This document shows, piece after piece, positions 49,473-58,063 of a stretch of 64,000 nucleotides of DNA; positions within the stretch are counted from its first letter, which is position 1, and every line of letters starts with the position of its first letter. The notes below the pieces were generated by a model that saw only the letters and a list, made by a program, of their open reading frames with translations, did no database searches and was not told where the DNA came from. The position numbers and the translations under genes are program-made. The stretch covers positions 512,001 through 576,000 of the forward strand of contig CAXXMV010000001.1 in the NCBI GenBank assembly GCA_963662285.2, given 5' to 3'. This DNA is from a bacterium (GTDB taxonomy: Bacteria > Hinthialibacterota > Hinthialibacteria > Hinthialibacterales > Hinthialibacteraceae).

Positions 49473-50893
49473 TTGACATGAAATCTACAGGATATAAATC
49501 CCTGGTCGGGATCGCTTTGGTTGAAGGCGGCATGAATGTCGCCCTGATGGCGCGCAATGGCGGCGGCTTAAAGATGCAAAAGTGTTTTTTCGCTCCCTTG
49601 TCGCTCGATCCATTAACCAACGATCCCGAACTGGTCGGACGTGAGATTCGCGGAAAACTGGATGAACAACACATCCGTGAAAGCCGTTGCGTAGTCTGCA
49701 TTCCCTTTAACTGGATACTGACCCAACAAATAGATTTGCCGGAGTTGTCTGATAATGATGAAAAGGAATACGTTAACCTTCATGTAGAGCGCGAATTCCC
49801 CTTTCATCCAGATGACCTTTCAGTCTCTATCTCACGTTACAGTAGTATGGGAAATCAGCGGGCTACCATTGCCGCAGTACCCCATAAGCATATTTCCTCC
49901 TTAAAGAAATCTATTAAATCCGCCAGGCTCAACTTGGTTGGCGTAACGGTTGGCATCGCCTCTAGTCAGGATATCAAAGATAATAAAAGTAAGGTAATTA
50001 TCCAGGGAGAGCGCTCCGGCATCGAATTAGTGGTTGTCGCCGGCGGCGGCGTTGCGGCGATGCGGCGCCTGCATAATGTATTTGAAGAAAGCGATTCCAC
50101 TCAGGATTCTCTTGATTCGTTGACGCGAGATATCCGCATTACTCTGGGACGCCTTTCGCATGAGTTAAAAGATGAACTGCGTGAATTCTATATTGTAGGC
50201 GATGAGCGCGTCGCACAGTATCTGACCGAAAGTCTTGGCGCGTCGGCTGATCGATGGGGAATGTCGATTGCAACCGAAAATGGTCATAAAGATTATTTAT
50301 CCAGTTCTTCTATGCCCGTGCGGCTTCCTTTCGCGTCATTGCTCGATTCTCTCTCCGGCTATTTAACCAAAGGTTCCGCCATCTTCGAGTTCCTCCCGCC
50401 GCGCGTCAGCAGCCTTAAACAGATCACCCAGCGGATTGCTTCACGGGGCAACCTATGCCTGGGCGCGGCTGCCTGCGCATTTTTGATGATTACCATCGCG
50501 GCCTTTGGCTATCAGCATTTCCAACTGGCGAATCTTGATTCCCAATGGGAAGATATGGCCGACCGCGTTGCAGAAATTGAAGCGCTGCAAAATAACATTC
50601 GGCAATTCCGCTCCTGGTACGACTCTTCAGCTCCTAGTTTATCCTCCATTAGAACTTTGGTGCGTGCCTTTCCAGAGGATGGCGCCGTTTGGATCAAATC
50701 GCTCAAGATAGATGACAGGTCTCAAGTGGCCTGCACCGGATTTGCTCGAAGTAATCGAGAGTGGCTCAGCACAATTGACCGTCTACAAAAAATGGAAAGC
50801 GTCAAAGATTTTCAACTAAAACAATTTCAGGGCAAAGTACCTTTAGGCTTTATGGTTGAATATCGTTGGATTGGCGGGTATGACAATGACTAA
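49469..50893 (+). CDS. GspL/PilM-PilN-like assembly protein
   Basis: Large cytoplasmic region, FEFLPP before a single TM, then a coiled coil and VWIKSL periplasmic domain; located after gspK. Confidence 0.7.
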   Translation: MIDMKSTGYKSLVGIALVEGGMNVALMARNGGGLKMQKCFFAPLSLDPLTNDPELVGREIRGKLDEQHIRESRCVVCIPFNWILTQQIDLPELSDNDEKEYVNLHVEREFPFHPDDLSVSISRYSSMGNQRATIAAVPHKHISSLKKSIKSARLNLVGVTVGIASSQDIKDNKSKVIIQGERSGIELVVVAGGGVAAMRRLHNVFEESDSTQDSLDSLTRDIRITLGRLSHELKDELREFYIVGDERVAQYLTESLGASADRWGMSIATENGHKDYLSSSSMPVRLPFASLLDSLSGYLTKGSAIFEFLPPRVSSLKQITQRIASRGNLCLGAAACAFLMITIAAFGYQHFQLANLDSQWEDMADRVAEIEALQNNIRQFRSWYDSSAPSLSSIRTLVRAFPEDGAVWIKSLKIDDRSQVACTGFARSNREWLSTIDRLQKMESVKDFQLKQFQGKVPLGFMVEYRWIGGYDND

Positions 50894-51419
50894 TCAATCA
50901 CAACAAAAAATATTGAAAATCGTCGCCGTTCTATGCGTCTGCGCTCTGATTGGCGACCGTTTGGTTTTCTCTCCACTCTTGAGTTTATGGGATGACCGAA
51001 GCCAACAGATTCAAGAACTGAAAAAATCAGTCGCTAAAGGAACCTTGCTCCTGGAACGTGAGGATGCCTTAACCAAACAATGGTCTGATATGAAGAATAA
51101 CGCTCTTCCCAAAGAAATGTCTGCGGCCGAAAACCAGGTCATCAAGGCCATTGACCGCTGGGTGCGCGACAGCCGGGTCAATCTGGTCTCCATCAAACCA
51201 CAATGGAAACGGGAGGATGACGCCTATCAAACCTTTGAATGCCGGGCGGTTGCTCAAGGAAATATGCAAACCTTGGCGCGTTTCATTTATGAACTTGAAC
51301 AGGATGAAGGCGCCATTAAAGTGGAAAGCCTCGATATCACTTCCAACGACGACAAGGGATCATCTTTAAACATGGCGGTTCGTTTCAGCGGACTCCAGTT
51401 CTCGGAGGTTAAAAAATGA
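50880..51419 (+). CDS. GspM/PilO-like protein
   Basis: N-terminal TM, coiled coil and GNMQTLARFIYELE pattern; gene order. Confidence 0.72.
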   Translation: MTMTNQSQQKILKIVAVLCVCALIGDRLVFSPLLSLWDDRSQQIQELKKSVAKGTLLLEREDALTKQWSDMKNNALPKEMSAAENQVIKAIDRWVRDSRVNLVSIKPQWKREDDAYQTFECRAVAQGNMQTLARFIYELEQDEGAIKVESLDITSNDDKGSSLNMAVRFSGLQFSEVKK

Positions 51420-52051
51420 AACCCCATAATAACGTTATACCTGGATTCCGGTTTACGCCATGCATCTGTTTTATACTTGCGGCGCTATGTTTTACAACGA
51501 ACTCTTTCGCTGCGGAAGAGAACAAGATTACCGGTCCGGCTTTTGAAGAGTTTCAAATCGTTTTTGAAAAGAATATATTTAACCCGGACCGACGCAGCCT
51601 ATCCAAAGGGCCTATAACTATAGCGCCTCCAGCGCCAAAAGTTGAATCTAACTATCTGCTTGGCACATTGATATCCAATGACGGCGCCTATGCTTTTTTT
51701 GAAAATTCAGGACAAAGCGGCGACAGCGTCCTTAAAGTAGGCGATGACTTTTGCGGACGCAGCATCCTCTCCATCAATACCTCCTCTATCAAATTGAAAG
51801 AGGCTACTCAAACTATCGACCTTACTGTTGGTATGGGATTACAACGGATAGCGGATGGAGCATGGACCCTTGCAAATTCTCCTATAAATATTGCTCGCAA
51901 CACTAATCGTAAACCTGGTCAGGAATCACCCGATTTAAAGCAGGATAATAATGATGCATCTGAGAAATCCACACCAGATTCCGCTGATAATTCATCTAAT
52001 GATATTCTCAAAAAATTAATGGAACGAAGAAAGCAGGAGATGCAAAAATGA
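51416..52051 (+). CDS. GspC/PilP-like protein
   Basis: KNIFNPDRR, LLGT and LKVGD HR-domain-like pattern; immediately before the secretin. Confidence 0.55.
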   Translation: MKPHNNVIPGFRFTPCICFILAALCFTTNSFAAEENKITGPAFEEFQIVFEKNIFNPDRRSLSKGPITIAPPAPKVESNYLLGTLISNDGAYAFFENSGQSGDSVLKVGDDFCGRSILSINTSSIKLKEATQTIDLTVGMGLQRIADGAWTLANSPINIARNTNRKPGQESPDLKQDNNDASEKSTPDSADNSSNDILKKLMERRKQEMQK

Positions 52052-53505
52052 AAAATATATATAAAACCAATTGGCTGATCGGCGCCGTTATTCTCTCTTT
52101 AACGGCGGTCGCTCCACTCTGGGCTGAGCAGGCGCCGCAACCGGCTTCCAGCGCCATTGCCTCCTCAACCGACGAGATACTCTTGAACTTTCGCGGCGTA
52201 CCACTCGACGCAGTGCTGGATTATCTTAGTAAGGCGGCTGGATTCATCATTGTTAAAGAGGCAAATGTAGATGGTCGCGTCGATGTCTGGAGCCACCAGC
52301 CTCTAACCAAGGATGAAGCGGTTGAACTGCTTAACACCGTCTTGCACGAAAAAGGATTCTCGGCTGTACGCAATGACCGGACATTGACCATTGTTAGCCG
52401 TGACGAAGCCCATAAGAGGGATATTCCAGTAAAGACAGGCGCAAACCCTGAACTTATACCCAGGACGGATCAAATGGTTACCCAGATCATCCCGGTGCGT
52501 TATGCCGACGCCGCGCAATTGGTCGAGAATATCCAGCCGCTTATTCCTTCCTACGCCACGCTGACCTTTAACGAAAGCAGTAACGCCCTTGTTTTGACCG
52601 ATACGCAGAAAAATATTCATCGTATGGTCGAAATTATAAAGGCGCTGGATACTTCCATATCCAATATCTCTTCCGTAAGAGTGTTTCAAGTTCAGTTTGC
52701 AGACGCCACAGAACTGGTGACCGTCATTAACCAATTATTCCAGGCTGATGCTACTGCAACCGGCGGTAGAAACAACAACATGCCGCCTTTTATGAGAATG
52801 ATGGGCGGCGGTCGGGGTGGAGATCGGGGAGGCCGGGGCGGACAAAGCGGGAACGAAGAAACCAGCGAAGCCAAAAAAGCGGCGGTTCGCGTCGTCGCTG
52901 TTGCGGATGAACGCACCAATTCACTTGTTGTTACTGCTCCAGAAGAAATGATGGAAACCATTGCAATGCTCATTATGCAAATCGATACCACCATTGATGA
53001 CATCACTGAAATCCGCGTTTTTATTTTGAAATATGCCGATGCAACCGAAATGGCCGAACTCATAACCGAATTGTTCCCTGATGATTCTACGTCGCAGAAT
53101 CAATTCGCTCCCCAGTTTGGCAGAGGGGGAATGCGGGGAATGATGGGTGGCGGCCGTGGTGGTAGATCTAATACTCAGCAAACCGGAAGTGAGCGGCAAT
53201 TAAAGCAAACTACGGTGCAGGTTGTTGCCGATCCCCGCACTGATTCTGTGATTGTCAGCGCGGCCAGCGAAACCATGTATCAGATCGAGCAGATGATCAC
53301 TCAATTAGATAAAAATCCGGCTAAAAGACAGAAAGTCTTCATATACAAACTCGAATACGCCGACGTTGAAAACGTCTCCGAGATATTACGTAGCATCTTT
53401 GAAGAACAATCAACCAGTAGAAACTCTAATACCCAGAACACTAACACTCTTAGCAATCGAACAGTTAACACTGGAACCACTAACCAGGGACAGGGACGTA
53501 ATTAA
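52048..53505 (+). CDS. Secretin N-terminal half (signal peptide, N0 and repeated N domains; no secretin barrel)
   Basis: LNFRGVPL (N0); three complete YADA/FADA...xDxRTNS-type N domains plus the first half of a fourth; ends in a Thr/Asn-rich tail. Confidence 0.88.
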   Translation: MKNIYKTNWLIGAVILSLTAVAPLWAEQAPQPASSAIASSTDEILLNFRGVPLDAVLDYLSKAAGFIIVKEANVDGRVDVWSHQPLTKDEAVELLNTVLHEKGFSAVRNDRTLTIVSRDEAHKRDIPVKTGANPELIPRTDQMVTQIIPVRYADAAQLVENIQPLIPSYATLTFNESSNALVLTDTQKNIHRMVEIIKALDTSISNISSVRVFQVQFADATELVTVINQLFQADATATGGRNNNMPPFMRMMGGGRGGDRGGRGGQSGNEETSEAKKAAVRVVAVADERTNSLVVTAPEEMMETIAMLIMQIDTTIDDITEIRVFILKYADATEMAELITELFPDDSTSQNQFAPQFGRGGMRGMMGGGRGGRSNTQQTGSERQLKQTTVQVVADPRTDSVIVSAASETMYQIEQMITQLDKNPAKRQKVFIYKLEYADVENVSEILRSIFEEQSTSRNSNTQNTNTLSNRTVNTGTTNQGQGRN

Positions 53506-53528
53506 ACGGAAAAATCGAGGTGATCGTC

Positions 53529-54764
53529 ATGAAAAAATATTACATGAAAAAATATACCTGTGTTTATCTTAAACTCTTATTGTTAATCTGCATCTTGTCT
53601 TATCTTCCCGCCGAGTGCCTCGCTCAAATGCGCGGCGGCGGTGGAGGTATGGGGAACAGAGGAACCACTAGTGGATCAAGCAGCATGTATCAACGCTACT
53701 ACCAGACCAATGGCATGATCGGCGAAGCCATTATTGAAGCCGATTATGATTCCCGCTCCATCATCGTTATAACTGATGAAGACACCAACGAATATATCGG
53801 CGAGATCATCAAAAACCTGGATCGTCCCGTTCCTCAGGTCTTGATCAAGGTGGTCTTTCTTGAGGTCACCTACCGGGATGATTCCGATTTCGGCATCGAA
53901 GCCGCTTTTGATCTCAACAATAATCCCCAGGATTCCAATCTCTTCCAAACAGCTTTTGGATTGGCGGCGGAATCAAGAGGCGGGTTTTATCAACTTCTGG
54001 AAGATGACCTTAACATAACCATGCGCGCCATTGCTGAAGTCGGCAAAACCGAAATCCTGTCACGACCATCTATCCTGACCCGCAACAATCAGGAAGCCCT
54101 TATAACAGTTGGTAAAGAAGTTCCTTTCATCAACAGCAGCAGGATTACCCAGGATGGACAGACCATCAATACCGTATTGTATGAAGATATTGGAATCATT
54201 CTTAAAGTGACTCCTTTTATTACTCAGGACGGCTTGGTCGAGATGATGCTCTCTCCGGAAATATCAACTATCACCGATGAAACAGTTCCCATCTCTGATA
54301 CCGTCAACTCGCCGGTCTTCGCCAAACGCGCCGCCGATACGGTAGTGGTTACCCCAAACGGTAAAACCGTTGTAATTGGCGGCATGATGGAAGATAATAT
54401 CATCGAGACCACCACCAAGGTTCCTTTTCTTGGTGATATACCTCTATTAGGCATGGCTTTTAAACGAAACGTCAAAAAGAAAAGCAAGACTGAACTGCTT
54501 ATCTTTCTGACTCCTTATGTAGTTGAGGGGCCAGCGGAACTTATTGAAAGATCGAAAATCGAACATAGTCAATCCGAATTGGCGCCGAAAGCTTTTACCG
54601 AAGGTCAGTTAGAAAAGTATCTGGGCGAACTGCAAAGTTCCAGCGTTGCTGAACCTGTACTGGACGATGCAGTAAAACAAAACGTCCAACCAGCTAAAAT
54701 AAAAACTATAGAAGAGAAAAAGACTAAACGCGCCCGAAACAGCAAGGGACAGCCCATTAAATAA
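53529..54764 (+). CDS. gspD: Secretin C-terminal half (own signal peptide, half N domain, secretin barrel)
   Basis: GAGGTG RBS, signal peptide ending CLA-Q; LDRPVPQVLI, NNQEA, GIILKVTP, KVPFLGDIPLLG and ELLIFLTP motifs. Confidence 0.9.
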   Translation: MKKYYMKKYTCVYLKLLLLICILSYLPAECLAQMRGGGGGMGNRGTTSGSSSMYQRYYQTNGMIGEAIIEADYDSRSIIVITDEDTNEYIGEIIKNLDRPVPQVLIKVVFLEVTYRDDSDFGIEAAFDLNNNPQDSNLFQTAFGLAAESRGGFYQLLEDDLNITMRAIAEVGKTEILSRPSILTRNNQEALITVGKEVPFINSSRITQDGQTINTVLYEDIGIILKVTPFITQDGLVEMMLSPEISTITDETVPISDTVNSPVFAKRAADTVVVTPNGKTVVIGGMMEDNIIETTTKVPFLGDIPLLGMAFKRNVKKKSKTELLIFLTPYVVEGPAELIERSKIEHSQSELAPKAFTEGQLEKYLGELQSSSVAEPVLDDAVKQNVQPAKIKTIEEKKTKRARNSKGQPIK

Positions 54765-54800
54765 TAATTGATTTCTCAAAAATCAAAGACCAAAAACACT

Positions 54801-56594
54801 ATGTTACGAAAAAAGATTGTCCTCATATTTCTAGCGATTGTCTGGCTGGTTACTGTCGGATGGCAGATTCAAGAACATGAACGGTTCATGAATTCTTCGA
54901 GAGAAGGATTTCTTATCCGCGCCAGAGATATTTCCAATTCCCTGGCAACCGTGATTCGCGCTCAACGAAGATTTGGCGGAATTGTTAAAAAGTCCCGCTT
55001 GGAATCGGCGCTTAGCGATTTGGTAAAAATGGATGAACTGCTCTCCATCGCGCTGCTCAATGCCAATGGCGAAGTCGTCGCCTCCGCTGGCCGGGAGATG
55101 AATCTTGATATTAATTCTTTACCCGAAAAAGGCGAACGCTGGAATCCACAGGAAAAATCAGTTACCTATGTAAACTTAGTCGATTTAGGCGTAGATCAGG
55201 ATAAACCAGAGGGAGATTCTTCCCCCACCATTATCCTGCCTATCCCGGATATGAAACCGGGTGATATGCCTCCACGTCCACCTGATTGGTTGATTGATAG
55301 AATATCTTCCGCCTCTCCGGCTCTCTCCGCTACTCAAGTTAAGATGTTCATGGATCGTGCTGACGGGCCGCCTCATAGAGATTCGCCTCCACTACCGGAG
55401 TGGCTCAGTGAGTTGATTTCTGCTGCTACCTCTCCCTTCTCTGCTACGGATGTAGAGCAATTCATTATCCACCGCAATCCTGATCGGAGTGATGATATCT
55501 CTTCCGCTTCTATTCCCATATCCGCCTCTGGTTCCAGGCAATATTTTGGACGCGGAGGTGATGATTTTGGTCGCGGGGGCGGTGATTTTGGTCGCGGGGG
55601 TGATGATTTTAGACGCGGGGGCGGTGATTTTGGTCGCGGGGGCGGTGATGATGATAGATTCAGGTCGCGTCGTGACAGAGGGCCTCGATCCATACGTCCA
55701 TTCTGGATGGATGAAGAAACCTATAAATCAATTCTTGAAAAACAAGGATTTCATGGTTTTGTCTTGGAATTATCAACCCGCTCTTTTAATGACGCTCGTG
55801 ATAAAGATCTCTGGCTGAGGTTATCCATAGTTGGTTTCGCTCTTATCGCCATGTTGGGATTAGGATTCGCATGGCGAAACCTGATAAAATCTTCCGCCCT
55901 GCAACTACGCCTGGTTAGAACCAGCGAGATGAACGCCCATCTGCGCGAGATGAATATCGCCGCCGCCGGTTTGGCGCACGAAACACGTAATCCTCTCAAT
56001 ATCGTCCGTGGTTTAGCCCAGCTGATCGCCAAGCAAACCGATGATAATAACGACATTCACAAACAGGCGATCAACATCACTGAAGAAGTTGACAGGGTTA
56101 CCGTCCAATTGAACGATTTTATCGATTATTCCAAACCCTGCGAAGCCAAACCGATCCTTATTTCCTTCAATTCTATCGCCAAAGATGTTGAACGCGCTCT
56201 TAAAAGTGATTTAGAAGATAAAAATATTTCCCTTAAAATAACAGGACCTGAATTGATCATTGAGGCGGACGAAACCCTGCTGCGGCAATTAATATTCAAC
56301 CTGTTGCTCAACGCCATCCAGGCCGTAGACCATAATGGAACCATAAACATCACCGAAGGCATCGATTCAACGGGTTATGCGTTCTTCGCCGTGCAGGATA
56401 ATGGCTGTGGAGTTCCTCAGGAGGATTGCGATAAAATCTTTCGTCCCTACTATACTTCTAAAGTAAAAGGCGCCGGACTTGGTTTAGCTGTGGTTAACCA
56501 GATTGTGCTGGCTCATGGCTGGGAAATTGAATGCCTTCCAGTGGAAGGCAAGGGCGTACGTTTTCGCGTCGGAAATATAACTAAATCTGCTTAG
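54801..56594 (+). CDS. Sensor histidine kinase (NtrB/ZraS-type) with expanded periplasmic region
   Basis: Two TM segments; AHETRNPL H-box, NLLLNAIQA, DNGCG and GAGLGL. Confidence 0.93.
   Translation: MLRKKIVLIFLAIVWLVTVGWQIQEHERFMNSSREGFLIRARDISNSLATVIRAQRRFGGIVKKSRLESALSDLVKMDELLSIALLNANGEVVASAGREMNLDINSLPEKGERWNPQEKSVTYVNLVDLGVDQDKPEGDSSPTIILPIPDMKPGDMPPRPPDWLIDRISSASPALSATQVKMFMDRADGPPHRDSPPLPEWLSELISAATSPFSATDVEQFIIHRNPDRSDDISSASIPISASGSRQYFGRGGDDFGRGGGDFGRGGDDFRRGGGDFGRGGGDDDRFRSRRDRGPRSIRPFWMDEETYKSILEKQGFHGFVLELSTRSFNDARDKDLWLRLSIVGFALIAMLGLGFAWRNLIKSSALQLRLVRTSEMNAHLREMNIAAAGLAHETRNPLNIVRGLAQLIAKQTDDNNDIHKQAINITEEVDRVTVQLNDFIDYSKPCEAKPILISFNSIAKDVERALKSDLEDKNISLKITGPELIIEADETLLRQLIFNLLLNAIQAVDHNGTINITEGIDSTGYAFFAVQDNGCGVPQEDCDKIFRPYYTSKVKGAGLGLAVVNQIVLAHGWEIECLPVEGKGVRFRVGNITKSA
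55545..55649 (+). repeat. In-frame tandem repeat, 5 x 21 bp, encoding F(G/R)RGG(G/D)D
   Basis: Consensus TTTGGTCGCGGGGGCGGTGAT, inside the kinase gene. Confidence 0.95.
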
Positions 56595-56604
56595 GTTTTA
56601 TGAT

Positions 56605-57984
56605 ATGACCATAAATGATGTAGCAATAAAGCGAACCAAGGTTCGGGTATTAATAGTCGATGACGATCCTGGTCAACGAAGTTTGCTCGAATCATTTCTT
56701 TCCAGCCAGGGTTTTCAAATCATCCTGGCTTCTTCTGGGGAGATGGCGCTCGAATTGCTCGCTTCAGATGAAATTGATATTATGATTTCCGATGTACGCA
56801 TGCCGGGCATCTCCGGCTTGGAGGTTATGCAGCAAGCGCGCTCGATATATCCAACTCTTCCAATTCTGCTGGTAACCGCATACGCCGACATACGTGATGC
56901 GGTTACCGTTATGCGTGATGGAGCGGTTAATTATCTCGAAAAACCAATCGACCTCGATGAACTGCTCGCTTCAGTGGATAAATCCGTAGGCATTCAAGGA
57001 AAAACCAAAATAATCTTCCCTGATGAACTGGTTTTGCCCGATTACGTGATAGCTGAAAGCCTCGCTATGAGAAATGTTTTTCGCGAAGCCGCTCTGGTGG
57101 CGCCCTCCGAAAGCCGGATTCTTATTACCGGCGAAAGCGGAGTCGGCAAAGAGGTTCTAGCTGATGTGATCCACGCCTGGAGTACGCGCTCCACTAAACC
57201 TTTGATTAAAGTTAATTGCGCCGCTATTCCAGAAAATCTTCTTGAAAGTGAATTATTCGGACACGAAAAAGGTTCTTTTACCGGCGCTTCCTCTCAACGT
57301 ATAGGCCGCTTTGAAGAAGCTGGCGACGGATCGATTCTGCTTGATGAGATTGCCGAAATGTCCCCTGCTCTACAGGCCAAACTGCTTCGCATTACTCAGG
57401 AAGGGTCTTTCCAGCGTGTTGGATCAAATATAGATCGTCATACTAACGCCCGCATCCTCGCCGCCACAAACCGCAATCTTGAACAGGAAGTTGAAAAAGG
57501 CGCCTTTCGGGAAGACCTCTTCTTCCGGCTCAATGTAATGGAACTATATATCCCGCCATTGCGCGAACGCCGCGAGGATATTCTGCTGTTAGCTGCCATG
57601 TTCGCCGCCGAATTCGCCAAAGGCAAACCGCGCTTTTCCGCCTCGGTTTCGCGCTGTTTAATGGATTATCAATGGCCGGGAAATATTCGTGAACTGAGAA
57701 ATGCTATGGAACGCTCCGCTCTCATGGCGCGCGGCGAAGTTATTATTCCCGAACATCTTCCACGACGCATCCAACAATCCTTAAACCATGATGTTTCCCA
57801 ACTGAATGGTTCTTCACAGGGAAAACGCATGGAAGAGATCGAGCGGGACGCCATTCTGGAATCTCTACGCGAAAATAATTTCAACCGCACCGAAACAGCC
57901 CGAATGCTTGGCATCAGCCGTCGGGCGCTAACCTATAAACTCCAAAATTATTCCCGCCAGGGATACGCCATCGATCCCGAATAA
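56605..57984 (+). CDS. Sigma54-dependent response regulator (NtrC family)
   Basis: Receiver domain (DDD, SDVRMP, KP), GESGVGKE, GSFTGA variant of GAFTGA, LLDEI, WPGNIREL and a Fis-type HTH. Confidence 0.96.
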   Translation: MTINDVAIKRTKVRVLIVDDDPGQRSLLESFLSSQGFQIILASSGEMALELLASDEIDIMISDVRMPGISGLEVMQQARSIYPTLPILLVTAYADIRDAVTVMRDGAVNYLEKPIDLDELLASVDKSVGIQGKTKIIFPDELVLPDYVIAESLAMRNVFREAALVAPSESRILITGESGVGKEVLADVIHAWSTRSTKPLIKVNCAAIPENLLESELFGHEKGSFTGASSQRIGRFEEAGDGSILLDEIAEMSPALQAKLLRITQEGSFQRVGSNIDRHTNARILAATNRNLEQEVEKGAFREDLFFRLNVMELYIPPLRERREDILLLAAMFAAEFAKGKPRFSASVSRCLMDYQWPGNIRELRNAMERSALMARGEVIIPEHLPRRIQQSLNHDVSQLNGSSQGKRMEEIERDAILESLRENNFNRTETARMLGISRRALTYKLQNYSRQGYAIDPE

Positions 57985-58063
57985 TTTCTCCTGCATCATA
58001 GATAAATTGGGTTGGAATAATTCTCTGGATTTCACCCTTTTTTATCGCATTTGCTCTGCTCTA

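Noticed and set aside
53490-53640. Secretin split as a simple frameshift or nonsense pseudogene
   Set aside because: The second ORF has its own RBS and a hydrophobic signal peptide that would make no sense inside a fused protein. Read-level confirmation is still needed.
55545-55649. 21-bp repeats as a CRISPR array
   Set aside because: Units are contiguous with no spacers, lie in frame in a kinase gene, and no cas genes are present.
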